Shown: in pieces, positions 37,288-51,400 of the stretch
Numbering within the stretch: position 1 is the stretch's first letter
How the letters are laid out: each line of letters begins with the position of its first letter
DNA from: Seison nebaliae
Taxonomy: Eukaryota
Direction of reading: 5' to 3'
Length of the DNA stretch: 64,000 nucleotides
Assembly (NCBI GenBank): GCA_023231475.1
Contig: JALJEE010002203.1
Span: forward strand, 1-64,000
Translations under genes and position numbers: made by a program
The notes under the pieces: model-generated
Told to the model about the DNA's origin: nothing
The model's database searches: none
Seen by the model: only the letters and a program-made list of their open reading frames with translations

Positions 37288-40200
37288 TCATAAGTTAACC
37301 ATATCGTTCCGATGGTTTTTAACGTCGTTCGATTCCTCTTCACTCGAATCAACAATTTGAGAAGATTTAGTAGAATGTCCTGAAGAATTACCACTCTCCA
37401 ACATCTGTTGTCTCATTAAACTTTCTTGAGAATTATTCTAATTAAAGGAAATTTCATTATTTAAATTTGAAATAAATTATTAACAGGATCGATGTCTAAA
37501 TCATCTTGAACACTCTTCTGTAAATTTCGTAATGATTCTGCATATTCCATTTCATTTATTTCTTCTATTTAGAGATGGGAGAGATACGAAAATGGTAATG
37601 AATTGTGAAAAGAATTAAAATTTAACGTTTAGTTGGAATATATTCTGGACAGAAGCGATTGTATTGATGATAAGTGGAATATTCCTCTGGTATTGGCATG
37701 GATGTGACGTTCGACGATCGATTCATAGAATTGATAACATTCGAATTTTTCATTATCGGATGACCATTACGTGATATGGATGCTAATGGTTTATATGAAT
37801 TATCTGATTCTGATAATTCTTTACAAACGAATGTTGCCGGTCTCATCGAATGGGACGATAATTCCTGATCATTACTCTTTCCGAACGATAATGAATGATT
37901 ATGATTAGATGACGGTGGATGATCATTCGAATTGATATTTGGTGAATTGGTCAATTTTAAACGAAGTTTCTCATATAAACTATTCGTATTATTTATGTTG
38001 TTATTATTATTGTTATTTTCATCAATCATTGAAAATGTCATATTTGAATTCTCCAAATGTTTCACCATCGTCGGTGTCGCATGATAGAGACCACTCTGAT
38101 TTGAATTGAATGAACTATAAGCGACACTACGACGTCGTTTTTCTCCCGGCGATTCTTGAAGCATTAAACGATTCACTTTCGCTAACGAACAATATTTGTC
38201 GTTTTCCTGAGAATTATTCAATCGTAAAAACGGTTTATTTGACGCCGTATCACTTTCAATTCCATTACTGCCATTATCATTCGAATCGAATTTTCGATTG
38301 AATGTTATCGAATCATTTTTTATACATTTCGTTTTCACTTGTAATTGAGAATTACCACTGATTTGTGATGATGATCCACTATCGTTATATAAACTCTCAT
38401 TATCAGCATGTGGTGGTAGAATGATTGATGATTTTTGCAAATCAATCAAATTCACTTGTCTATTATAAATATCATTCTTATCATCTTTGTTAATTGAGAG
38501 TGGTGGAGTGACACGTAATTCCATCGTTTTAGTACTGATCGATTCTGGTGGTGTTAAACTCTGATTACATTTAATGTCATTCGATTGTGATGTATTACTA
38601 TCTGAACTCTTTGCTACTAATGTACTTCTTAGAGACGATGATTGTCGATCCGAGAATGAATATTGAAAGAGCGAATGGTCAGGACATTGACGTTGAAGCC
38701 GATTTTCCGTCATTTTTTGTGATAATTGTTTTTGAATTTGTGAACGTTTTTTCCTCTCATATTTAGCTCGTTGTTTCTTCCTTCGATATCGTACCAATAA
38801 TGCAACAACGATAACATTCAACGTTAGAATGATAAGACCGACAGAACAAAATATTAAAATGAATCGACTTGTCCTACTAATTTCATGTTTCTCTTCGAAA
38901 TATTTATGTGGATCGGATAATTTGAATTTGTTCAATAACGACAATGGATTTGGAAGGAATTCCGATTGACTATTACTTGGCGCAGTTCGTATAATAAGAG
39001 TATTCTTATTATTCGATGAACATTCTCCTAAATCATTTCGACTAATCACACTTATACGATATTGAGAATTTGGACGTAATTTTTTGAGATTAATTTGATT
39101 TTGATCAGAACTCAAAATTCTTCGACTATTCTCTCCAATCACATATTTATGTTTTCCCAATAATTTATATTCCACTAAAAATTGTTGCGACATCCCACCA
39201 TCATAACCAGGAATCCAAGAGAGTTTAATCGACGTCGATGTCATATTGGAAGTTCTCAAAGTCAAAATTGAATCAGGTTTCGTTAAACTGTTCAATTCAT
39301 AAGTTATAATTTTATGGTCGACAAAATTTTTTATTTGACATTCATATTTTGCATAATCGGTCGTCCTTCTTATATCGTCAATTATCAGTTCACTTAAATA
39401 CCAAGGAATTAATGAATCATTCTTTCCCTTATTCTTTTCAGTGAACAAATCCGTTTTAATGGTTATTCTTCGACGTTCTTGTTCACTCAATTTATTTATT
39501 GGAATTGTTAATTTAGACCAGGAGAATGATGGTTTTGGATTACCTCTACCGATACATCGTAAAATTTTACGATTTCCTTCCACTTCCACATTGTGAGCAA
39601 CTTTCTTCAATAACATTCCTGGTTCATAACTTTGCGGTCTGGTTTCCAAGAATAATGAAACATTTTTCCTCATCGATCCGATAGTATTGTTGACCACACA
39701 ATAATAATTGGCAATATCATTAATTGATAACGAATTGATTTTTAAAGTTACTCGTTTTTTATTATTAGACAAATTATCCATTAATAATAAGTATTTTTTT
39801 GAATTTTCTGAATTCACTTCAATCGGAATCATATCCATTCCATATGATTTATAGAATTTTACATTCTCTTCAATATGTAACGGTAAACCATCGACAACAC
39901 AAGCAAGAATGGCATTTTCATGTTCACGATAATGTTGTCTATCCGTTTTGAAATCAATGATTTCCGCACCATATCTGATAATTAATTCAAATTGGAATAT
40001 TAACGTTCCAATTGTATTGGTCATTTCCATTTCGTACATTCCAGCAATATCACGAGATGCTCGATGAATAATTAATCCTTTTGAAGTGAATTCAAAATTC
40101 TCTCGATCGATTAAATCATCACCAGTAACTGACTTGATTCGAATATCATTCGGCCAAGGATTACTTTCGATCACATTCTCCAGAGATATGGTTTGTACTT

Positions 40201-42471
40201 CATCTAATTGTTCTTTTGCATAAATTCTCGTCAGGAGTTCATTCTGTGTCTTCGTAAGAATGGGTGAGAAATGAATGTTCAATTTCAACTGGGACCGTTT
40301 CGTTTCCGTTTGAATATTTTCGTCAGGTTTCACTTTCATAATGTATTCTTCCGGATCTTGACGACATTCCAAAATGTGACCATTCAAATCTTGTTTGACT
40401 TCAAAATTCAATTCAGATTTCGCCGCACCAGTTTGATTTTTATAAGAAATTTCTGATGTCGCTCCAGAAACATAAGTCAACGGTTCACCGTCCAATAACC
40501 AAATAATGGACGGTGACGGATTGGCAGCACTAGTCTCACATTTGAATGTGTAGATGGTATCAGCAACCATTTGAATATTTGGAGCTTCTAATTGTACGAA
40601 AGTTGCTGGGAAATAAATATTGAGAATGTGACTTTGTCGAAGGAAATGATTTGGAAATATTCGTTTCTGGAAAACTTTACAAGAAATTTCCGTCGTATGA
40701 TCTAATTGCGTCGGTTTGAAATTGAGGATAGATTGTGTCAATCCCATACTCGCTTTATATGATAATAATTCTGGATTCTCTATGAGAATTCCATTTTGTC
40801 GCCATTCGAATGTCGGTCGAGGATTTCCACCATAAGCATTGCACGAAAATTCAGCCGATGCTCCAACAATTAAATGATTATCGGAATTGACTTGTCTCAA
40901 TTCCAAATGATTTGGCTTAGTCCAAATTTCTATTTGTTTACTAATCGACAATTCACTGTCTTCTTCTCGACATGTGACAACTGCCGAATCCAACTTTTCG
41001 ATTAACGGAATAGAAATGGTCGAAACGGCTTTTAATCCATCTTTCGGCCAATATTTATCAGTTGCTGATGGTCCGATCAATTGGAAGTTTTCACTAATTA
41101 AACCAGTACCATCCTCTCCGTCTACCGTAATGATTTTCCATATCAATTTCGGTGGTGGATAACCGACAGTTGTATTACAAGATATTTGAATTTTCGTATT
41201 TTTCTTCCCATAAATTTTTTGCACATTAAATTTCTCACCTCCCACCAATTGCAATTCGTCGACTTTATAATGAATATCGAGATTGATGGAAGTTGAACGA
41301 AGATATTTCTGTGGTAATCTTCTCGTCGCATCGTTGAATGTTATGCAGGAATAATTGGCACCATTATCCATTTTATTTAATCGATCGATTTTGATAATTG
41401 ATTCCATTTTATCATCGAATAATCGTGAACTATCTTGTCGAGTGTCTGAGATTTGATGATTATTTCGGAACCATTGAATTTTGGGTTTGGGAAGACCACC
41501 TTTCACCACACAACGAAATGTCAAACTATCACCAGAGATCAATTGGTCGAATATTTTCTGGTTTTTATTCTTTTCATTTATCATATTTCCGTTCGATCTC
41601 CTCATGAATAATTCAATGGATTGTGGTGGATCTTCAATTTCCACTTGGATGGCATTTGATACGATTTCTGATTTACTACTATAACCTTTACTGTCATAAT
41701 ATGGATGATTAATATAACAAGAAATATATTTCGAATTTAAATATTTCTTCATTTCTTTGTCAATCGAATGAATCGTCAAAATACTTTGCGATGTGAACAT
41801 CGAAAAATCTTTATTGTTTCCCACTTTATCTTCACTACTGATATTAATATGTTTCGTATTTTCACTCAATAATTTCATATTCAAATCCATTTCTTTATCA
41901 TCGAGATGCCATCGAAAAATCACTTTCGGACGAGTCTTTTTCACGGTACATTTCAATTGTATATTTTGTTGTCCGAATGAAAATTTTGTTGATGAGAAAC
42001 CATCGTTCATCAATCCTTGAGATGGTAATGGTTCGATTTGTTGGAGGAATGGTGACGATGGTTTTACTGCTACTTCTAATTTGGCATCGGCAGTTGCGAT
42101 CGGTTTCGATCGAATTTGACAACTGATTTTTCCTTCGTCATCCCATTGAACTTTTTTGATTCTAATCGAATAATCACCAGCCGTTGTATTTCCTGATAAT
42201 TCGACGTGACTAGTTGAAAATTTCTGTCCTTGATAAGCGACAATTATTACTGGAAAATTTTGAACTAAAATGACATGTGATATAATAATGACTAACAAAC
42301 TACTTTGTCGTTGTGGACCCAAAAGACGAAACCATGATCGCCTTTTATTTTGCATGGAATTATGGCGGACTCACCAAGCAAAATGAGTTGATCGGTTGGT
42401 CTTTCCAAGAATTCGACGGCGGATAAATATTGGAAATAGAGGAGGAATGTGAATAAACGAAGCATTTCCAT
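37288..42471 (-). CDS. Nephrin/Sns/Hibris/SYG-2-like Ig-superfamily adhesion protein (~1675 aa)
   Basis: Exons 42471-42297, 42249-37627, 37564-37485, 37437-37288. Signal peptide MEMLRLFTFLLYFQYLSA, about 9 Ig domains (the 7th without cysteines), FN3 (WIPGYDGGMSQQF), TM (FILIFCSVGLIILTLNVIVVALLV), long Ser/Asn-rich tail ending DMVNL*. Confidence 0.87.
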
Positions 42472-45400
42472 TCTACCTTTCCGATAGAAGAAATTAGTTG
42501 TGAAAGAATTTCTCCTGAAATAGTCAGATTAACTAATAACGATCTGATAATGAAATGAAATGAATTTAGTTCGAATAAATTGTTTGGTTGGGAAAAAAGA
42601 AGGAAGAAAGTTTAATTGAAATATGAACAAAAAAGAAATGAAACGTCAGGTGATAAGAAAAGAACAGGAATATCCATCAAGACATTATATGACGATAACA
42701 AAAGATGTAATCAGAAAAAAATGAATTGTATAAGTCAACTATTTCGAACGACATGAATTAAAATTGACGATTTCGTTTATCTTTCGACATGACGCCGATG
42801 ACGTCTCAAACAATAGAGAAATTTGGACATCTACTGGAGATGGGGGGAAAAAGCGACGAAGAAAAAGTATCCAACGGCGATTGTTTCTTTTACGCAATAA
42901 AGAAATGGATACTGCCGAATTGAATTGTTACCATCGGCAATATTCGTTTTCTTCTACGATTTCCATTATCGATAATAAGTGGTCATCGAAGGAAAGGAAA
43001 CTATTGTTTTTATTATACAGAGAAGACGATATGATGGAAAATGGGAATAAGAAATGGATAGAAATTTATTTATAGAAAAACGACTAAATCAATTCCCAAT
43101 AATTAATTGGCATTAATCAATTAGAAACAAATTAGTGATGCTCAATTCTAGAGGAAATAGTGTCTATCTTTATCGCTTAAAGTTTTTCGCACCTAATGGA
43201 AAATGTGAGAGAATAGCCAATTCGATATCTACAGCTCTTTATTGGAATATAATAGAAAAGTTGTTTAATGTAGCAGTACCTTCACTTTCCTTCGTCATGC
43301 TAAATATGTACTACTTTAACTGGACATTAATTCAATTCGTAAAAAATTAGTGGGAAATAAATTTAATAAATTAACTTCTTATTTCCACAAATGTCTAATC
43401 GTCTTCACATCTGAACTTATTCAATAATATGACACATCTATTCCTAATAGAAATTGATGAAATTGATTTGACTCATTCAATTCATTATATGAAAATTGGG
43501 AAACGATTTTATTCTTGGACTATTTATTTTGTTTAAGGGGAAAGGAAAGATTGAATTTAATATTCAAATATGCGATATGTATTTGAAATGGTATTGATAA
43601 GAAGAGAACTTGAAATAATTTGGGAATGAGTTTGAGTGAAGAAAGCGGAAAATATTAATGAATACTTGAGTGATCAGTTACATGATAATTATCGACATTT
43701 ATTTATCTTTTTCGTTCTTTCTCTTTCGTCATTGTAATCGAAAATTGAATGAAATGAAAGATGAAGAAAGGAATGTCATTCCATAAAGACTCGACATCGA
43801 TTCCTCCATATATTTAATGAAGGAATGCTAGCTTGGCATGGTGAATGCATTCCAATTTGAATGACATGCAAACCAAATTAAAAATCCATAAAACTAGGAA
43901 TCTCCATTGAAATGAATATTTAACTAGCTGATGAAGCGATGAGTACTCGTAAATTAAAGATTGGTCGTTGCTGTTCATTGGGAACGAGTAGTCTTACAAT
44001 GAAAGGAAATAGTGAAAAGTCAATCATATGCTATGGTCAATCAATTCTCCTTCTTTTCCTTCCAATGTTCCTTTAGGGAGATCTTTAGAGAAGAGAAATA
44101 TTTATCAGATAAATGGTCGTTGATTCAAAATAAAACAAATTAATTTCTCATTAGTTTTACGATTTTTTTTAATGGTATTGGGATTCGTCTGCCATACCAA
44201 CTAATTTCAGAACGAACAATTTTTGTGTCTGGAGACATAACTGAGAGAAGAAGATGAGAATGAAGAAGTTTCTTTTTGGAACTTCCATTAAATATTACTT
44301 GTTTATATTTTCGTCTTTTTACGGTTTTTATCTCACGTTCTTGAATAAAGATGTGATCAAGAAACACAGAAATCGTCCCTTAAATGTCTCACGAATGGAG
44401 ATTGGAGTCCCTGACATTCAAGAGCGGTCATTATCATGACGATTATTATTGAATGTTCATTGTAGAAGAAAAATGATGATAAACTGAATTAATTTTGCCT
44501 ATCAATCAGGATGTGAAAACGGGTCAGATACGTAAATCCCGTTCGAATTCGTCATCGAATTGAATATGTGATGTAGAAATGAAAGGAAATAGTTGGAAGA
44601 AGAAATATTTGCGAGTCGCAAATGAATTGGAAAACCTTAAAGGAATATTCGGCAAATAGAAAGATTATTCCTAAACGAAATTTTATATGGTAGTTTTAAT
44701 TCGTTCATTAACAATTGAAACAATTGTTTGAAGTTCACTTATGTTAGCAATTAAGACCTTCTTCTTTCACCATCGTTCAACGATGATTCTGATACCTATA
44801 ATCGTTTACAGTTGATTGATTATTAAAATTTTAATTATACGACTTTTCCAAAGGAGAGAAATCTTCCTCTATATAATACTGGATTAATGGGACAATAATC
44901 GACTAATATCATGCTGACAATGAATCGATAAATTTTATGAAATTTTGACGATTGTTGATGGAAATCGAATAGTTTATTCTCACCAAACGTTTAACCAACA
45001 GATAATTATATTAATTAATTTTGTAACATATCGAATGACGAACATTTGCTACTTTTCGTAATTATTATTATGATCCGAGTTGATGGTGCTTATTATGATT
45101 CTAAACCATAAATGAATAGTGAGAGATATTGACGATAGGATATCAATGTAAATAATTATTTACCATATTTATCATTATAATTGAAACAAAAATTCTATTT
45201 CGAATGATTAAATCTCATGGAGGTGAAGATGACGAAGTCTTATTAATGAGAATAACAATATCAATAATCTAAAACAATAATGACAACAATGTAACGATGT
45301 TGGGCAATGTTGATTATCATATCAACAGAACTTTTAATACTTTAGAAAAACAATTGACAAATAATATTAGGGTCAAGATTTATTATTATATCTTTCGCCT

Positions 45401-48400
45401 TTGCCCGTTGCAGATTGCCATGGCGAAACATGTGGAATAATCGTTCTAATATAATTAGAGTTTAAACTTGAGGAAAATAGGTTATCACATTTTCAGTGAT
45501 CAGTTTAAAAAAGGAGTTGAACATACTACGTATTTCTTCCATTTCCACACACTTACAAATTGATTCTTTATTTTTACATGAATTCCTTTTCTCTCCTCAC
45601 AATAATTTCTCGTATTGTTTCCAGTGAATAACTTAAGAATTCGACGCGTCGCTTATCGATCGGTAGTCCAGTTCCAGCATATCGATGAACTTATTCTAAT
45701 GGTTTCGTATTACCGAAATTGATTGAATGGTAAAACTTTGTTACTATTGTTGTTGTTGTGGGTGTTGGTGAGTTGATAAGAGAAATAGGAGAAAATAAGA
45801 TTTTCTTTAGAAATTATGATCAAATCTTATAAAAGTGGAACTTAGATTGGAGAAAATGCAAGAAATGTACATAGGAAGAAGAGTTGTTGAAATTGCGGAA
45901 ATGGTTTTGATAAAAAATCTGAAATGTGGAAGAATTAAACGAGCCGATCTCCAATATTTATTTTCTGCGGTTTTTAAACGTTAAGTGAAGCGATAAAAAG
46001 TGGAAACGTAGAAGAACAAGAAGAATAGGAAAATAAATTTCCGTCTAACTTATTGGTGATTGTGAGAAAGGCTTTCTTCGAATATCGTCATCCCCATCTA
46101 TCACGACTGACACACACTAACAATAATTATAGTAATAGAGGCAGTAAAGAAAATGTTTTGGGTCGTTTGTCCAGTGGCTGGAAAGTTGATCGACCACATT
46201 TTATAGAAATATATATGGAAATTTCGAAGTGATATGAATCAATAATCTTGTTACACAAAAGTAAATTAGACGGAAAATAGCTGATAAAAATTCCTTTTCG
46301 ACATCATACTTATCATTATCATTCGTGTTTCCATGACGACTGACGAATTTATAATTGAAATACAGACAATCTGTTGGGCGAATGGACAAGTAACAGACGA
46401 CCAAATAACAACCAGTTACTTACTAGAAATGTCGAATGACTTATGGCACTGGACGTTAACATATTTTAATAGAATATTTTATAGATTTTTATGCCAATTC
46501 CTCCCAAAATAAGATGAGAAAGTTCATCTAACGATAAATTATAAGGAATTCAATTCGCAAAAAAATCATTTTTCCATCTCCTTTATGGTCAAATTGGAAC
46601 ATACATTTGTCTTTAACGTGAGAAGGAATTGTTGAATTTTCAGAAGAATCAATTGACTAATAAGAAATGTAACAGCTGAACATTCTCATTGTTTTAGTTG
46701 ACCACCCGGTCATCCAATGTTCCATCAGAGAACAATTGAAGAATGCAAATTTACTGGAGAAGAATTGATATTAGACTTAATTGCTCGCCTCACTCTTCGA
46801 TTTTTATTATCATTATTTTGTAACTTGAGAAAAAGTGAAGAATTTGAGTTGGAACTGGACAATGTCCAAGAGGAGAAGAAAAGAATGATAATAATTATGT
46901 AATAAAGATAAAACTTTTCAAAAAGAAAACATTCAATCTGAAGTGACGTAAGAACTGTTGACAAATGATTTACGAACGACTCATCTCAAAATGGAAATAT
47001 TTTGTGGACGAAAAAAAAATTAATTTTCTAACTCATCTTTCAACACCTTGACACTTTGTAATAATGAAACGATGTGAGGAATCTGATGAGAGTGGCATAA
47101 ATCAACAAGGGAATCTGTTTGATTGTGAAACTCGAGTCGAATGGCCACCAGCTGACAATGGAAAGAAATATTCAGAAAGTAACATAATCTGATAGGATAC
47201 AATTTCCATTGAATATAAACGGCACACGTTTACCTAAAACAATGCGTACTAATAACATAAGGAGAGTAGAAGAAAAGAATTATTCGACCTAGTCAAATTA
47301 AAGATGATTAGTAAAATTGATGAAATTCATGAAATAAAAATGACAATTCAGAACCTTCTAATCTTTCGAACTAAAAATTCGAATGAAATAGAATAAAAGA
47401 ATTCGAAATTGAAGAGAATGTCCGTTTCACATCCTTCTACCATATTTGGGGGGGGATGATAACTGCTACTACCGAACAACTACTAATAATGATGTTCGGC
47501 AACTTGTTCATTTGTCCATAGATTCAACATGCAGTTATTAATAACGCTTCAGAGAATTCATGACGATTGTTTACTACGTCCGTTTTCATCGTCATAAATC
47601 AATCTGCAGACGTTTGACCATAAAGCTGCCGGGGACACTCTCACGTACTGTACGTGTATATACAGAGAACAACAGAGAGAGTTGGTTAGAAACCGCCCCT
47701 CAAGCCAAATTGTTTGTTTGGACAATGTGCTAACAAACATCAGATAGTTATTGTTCTGTAGGAAATGGGAAGGAATTGTCGGAAATTCTTTGATAAAATA
47801 TGGATCGATTGATGATGTTTAAAGAAGTTTTAATGAAATCAAAAGGCGGTGACATATCAGTTTGAAATTAAGTTATCTTCTGATTTTCTGATCATTGAAC
47901 GGCGTCAACACTAAAATGTTAAAATGATTGAGATTCTTTTTTATATAGTTCTCTAATTTTCCTCTCCTCCAAATAAATAAAACGTTCAATGGGATGAAAA
48001 TGGAACGAGGAAATATTTTGAAGCACTTCTAGTTGAATGTTCGCGTTACCGGAAACAATGATCCAACATTTCCCTGTTGTCTTAACCGAGTTGGTTGGAA
48101 GACAGTATTAATTTAATAAACGTTTGCACTCCTCCAACACTTATTGACGTTGTAATAGAATGTCGTTATTATTGGTCGTTCCACAAATGGCTTACCGTTT
48201 CCTGAAGAAAGCGACTAGAAATCGATGGCGGTTACGTCTCGAAGCCATTCCTCCAACATTTCATGCAATTCACTTACGAACATAAAACATTTCGAAAGTG
48301 ATTGATTTCTTCAATCTATCGAACACTTTCCCAATTGGGAAATATTGGAAGTTTCTTTAACGAACTTTCTTTTCTCCCCCAAATAGTGAGGTAGTCGCCG

Positions 48401-51400
48401 AGAAAATAATTACGATAAACAAATTCTACTATTTGTTTCCATCATTTTGGAACAAACACTAAGAAAATATTTATTTTCTTCCAACTTTTTTTTCAAATAT
48501 CCATTTCGTCATTCTCATCTTTAAGTTAATCATAATAAATGAACGAATTAGTCAAATATTTTCATACAAATCATAAGATACTTGTTTGGAGATGATTTTG
48601 ATCAAAATCATAAGGCTTCCAGTTAAAGAGAAATAACGGTATTAAATGGTCGTCGAACTAATCTATCGATCTAATGAAATGGAAGAATCGTCAAAAATAT
48701 CGTTAGGAATAAAAAAAAAAACAAGGAAATCAGAATATATCGTTAAATGAAAAATAAATAAATATCGATGAAGATGAAATGACAAGAAATTCATTCAAAG
48801 TGGAAAGAAGTGACTTCTAGGAAATTGATGTTCGACCTGATTCCTTAATAATCGATCATTCTATGACAATAAAAGCGATGGACTCTTTCTCATCGTTAAA
48901 CACTCATTATTTACCATTGGTAGTTTTTTCCTTTCTTTTCAAATATTACAATGAAGAAGCGGTTTTCCCTTCTCCTTATTTATATTCTTTTGCGAATTCT
49001 TTATCCTCTACGATGCCGCAGTAATTCATCTATTTTCTTTCCGTGAAGTTTCTTCTTCTCATTGTCATTCCTGATTACTTTCGTCTGTCAATCTGATGAA
49101 GATTTGATGACATGCTGCTACGATTGATGATGATATAAACAAAGTCAATTGACACCGTTTATAAATGACAATAAAAGAGATTTCCATCATTTCGACGATT
49201 TCAAGTCGAATTTTATTTCAAGAAAATTTAAAAAAAACTATTTATTAATCAAACATCGTCGCTATATTACGTCGTCCATTGGAGGTGAATGAATCAGAAA
49301 GATTTCATTCCGGATATAATAAAATAACTAATTATATTTCCTTTGTTAAAATAACAGTTGGTTGCTTCCTTCAGACAAACCTGAATTTTCTGACGAATAT
49401 TAGCAGTTATTTTACTGGAAGAATGTATTGGGAATTCGATAAAAATTAATTCTACTAATTTGATGGTCATTGAAAAGAATTATTAGAAGTAGAAAGAAAA
49501 ACGTGAAATTTTTACATAATATTGAAAGAGGAAATAAATTTCGAAACTCATTTATTTGAGCCTAGGTGATTTGGTAGACGAACCTTACCTTTTTCCCCAT
49601 TTATTTCGAGCAATCACATTTCTTCACCTTCAGACAAATTTCTAATTGATCTGGTTGTTTATTTTGCGGAAGATGAAAGTAAATTAAATTACAAATGAAT
49701 CGAATGGAATCCAATGTAAATTATATAAAATTAATAACAAATATTGAGAGGGAAACAACCGTTGTTTGAGGCTCTTTCTTTTTTGGGCAACGGAAATTAA
49801 ACTAAATTTATTTATTCTCACTAACACTTTCCTTTCGAAGTAGTAGAAGAAGAGCCTAATCTCTATGACTAGACATTTACGTACCATTTTAGGGCGGAGT
49901 AGATATATTAGTACTTAATAATTCATTTGACTTGTGGTTATTCGATGAACGTTAAAATTTCATATTATTATTACTCCTCCTCCACCTCCGATTCTTCTAG
50001 AAGGAATTAGAATGGAATTGAGGAATTGGAACGATGATTGGAACGACGGCTGACGTAACCAGTTGTGGTGTGTTGATGCGAATACGAATGAAAGACGAAC
50101 ATTTGAAAAAGGAAGAGGTAAAGGAAAGATCAATATATCATATTTCTTCTTTATTGCAACAATCGTTTTTGGGAAACGTGAGCATTGTATGTTTTCGGAT
50201 TAATTGCTTCCCATCTTCTGATAATGGTTAGAGAACATTATGTTTCTCTTTCATATTTCTCAGTAGATCGATCGCATGTTCTACGATTATCATACCAATA
50301 TTATGAAGTAGAAGATCATCAGTATTTCCGAAAATATTCTAATATCCATTATCAACATTTCATCAATAAGTTCACCCGACACCGAAATATACAATTATCA
50401 TACAATTTCCTAGTATTAATAATCTTCCCTAATTCTTTCCAAGAAAATTTTAATCGAAATCTTCTTCGAATTTTTTTTTCATAAATAAATAAACTAAAAA
50501 AATTCAAGATTAAATTTGTGGAATCGATTCATTTATTGGAGTTATCAAAAACGTGGAAAAGTGACGTCGTATGTTTCAAAGTGGAGAATTGTTATTGAGA
50601 AATGGCAATACACGATAAATTTTGACTTTAACCGAAAATGGGAAATTGTCGTTTAAACTTCTGTTTGGAGATCGAATGCGTGTGTCGATTACATGAAGTA
50701 GTTTAACAAAAACCTTTTTCCGGTATAAACGGAAGGAATTGTTTAGTTGATGTAATGATATGTACTATCAATTCACAGCTAATAGATCATTGTTGCAATA
50801 TCGGAAGTGGAACCATGAACTGAATAGCAAGGGAATACGAACATCATGTTTACGTAATAATTCGACAAAAATATTGGGAAATCTCCCACTTTCAATCTGA
50901 TCAAAGATCACTACTTATTTATTCGTTAGCCAATTGTTAGATTACATTGGAGAGAAAAGGTTATTTTTGAAAAAGGATCTATATGATGTCGTTTCCGTTA
51001 TTTCACAAACATCTCTCCATTCTCTTTCATGTTCTCAATTTACGGAAGTCAATGATTATTAATCAATTGACGACATATATAATTGAATGGTAAGTCCCCC
51101 CCAAAATAAGAGTAGGAAAAGTAGCAAACGATTAGAATGAAAACGGTGGTAGACGACTGTTTGGAAATCGCACGAAATTTTCGGGAGAGAAGTTTATGAA
51201 AAGATTATGAATAAGAGAAAAGTTCGATACTTGACCAGGTTTAAGATAATTGAATGTAAAATTATTAATATCATACACTCCTTCCCGTTCGGTAGGCGAT
51301 TAGAAATGGTTGAATTGAAATAAGTCTCGATGAATATAAAGTCATAAGAAATGATGAGAGGAGATTCGAAATCGAGAAGAGAATTAGGGAAAACCAGCTT

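Noticed and set aside
15230..42122. Many 60-120 aa ORFs antisense to or overlapping the real genes
   Set aside because: Shadow ORFs of coding or low-complexity sequence with no domain signal.
42250..42355. ORF-track N-terminus MQNKRRSW... of the 1577-aa ORF
   Set aside because: It reads through a 47-nt intron; the real first exon is in another frame and supplies a signal peptide and the first half of Ig1.
47225..47240. TTTTAG|GTAAAC on the minus strand, resembling a recursive splice site
   Set aside because: Single instance, expected by chance in 21 kb, and no evidence that the region is intronic.
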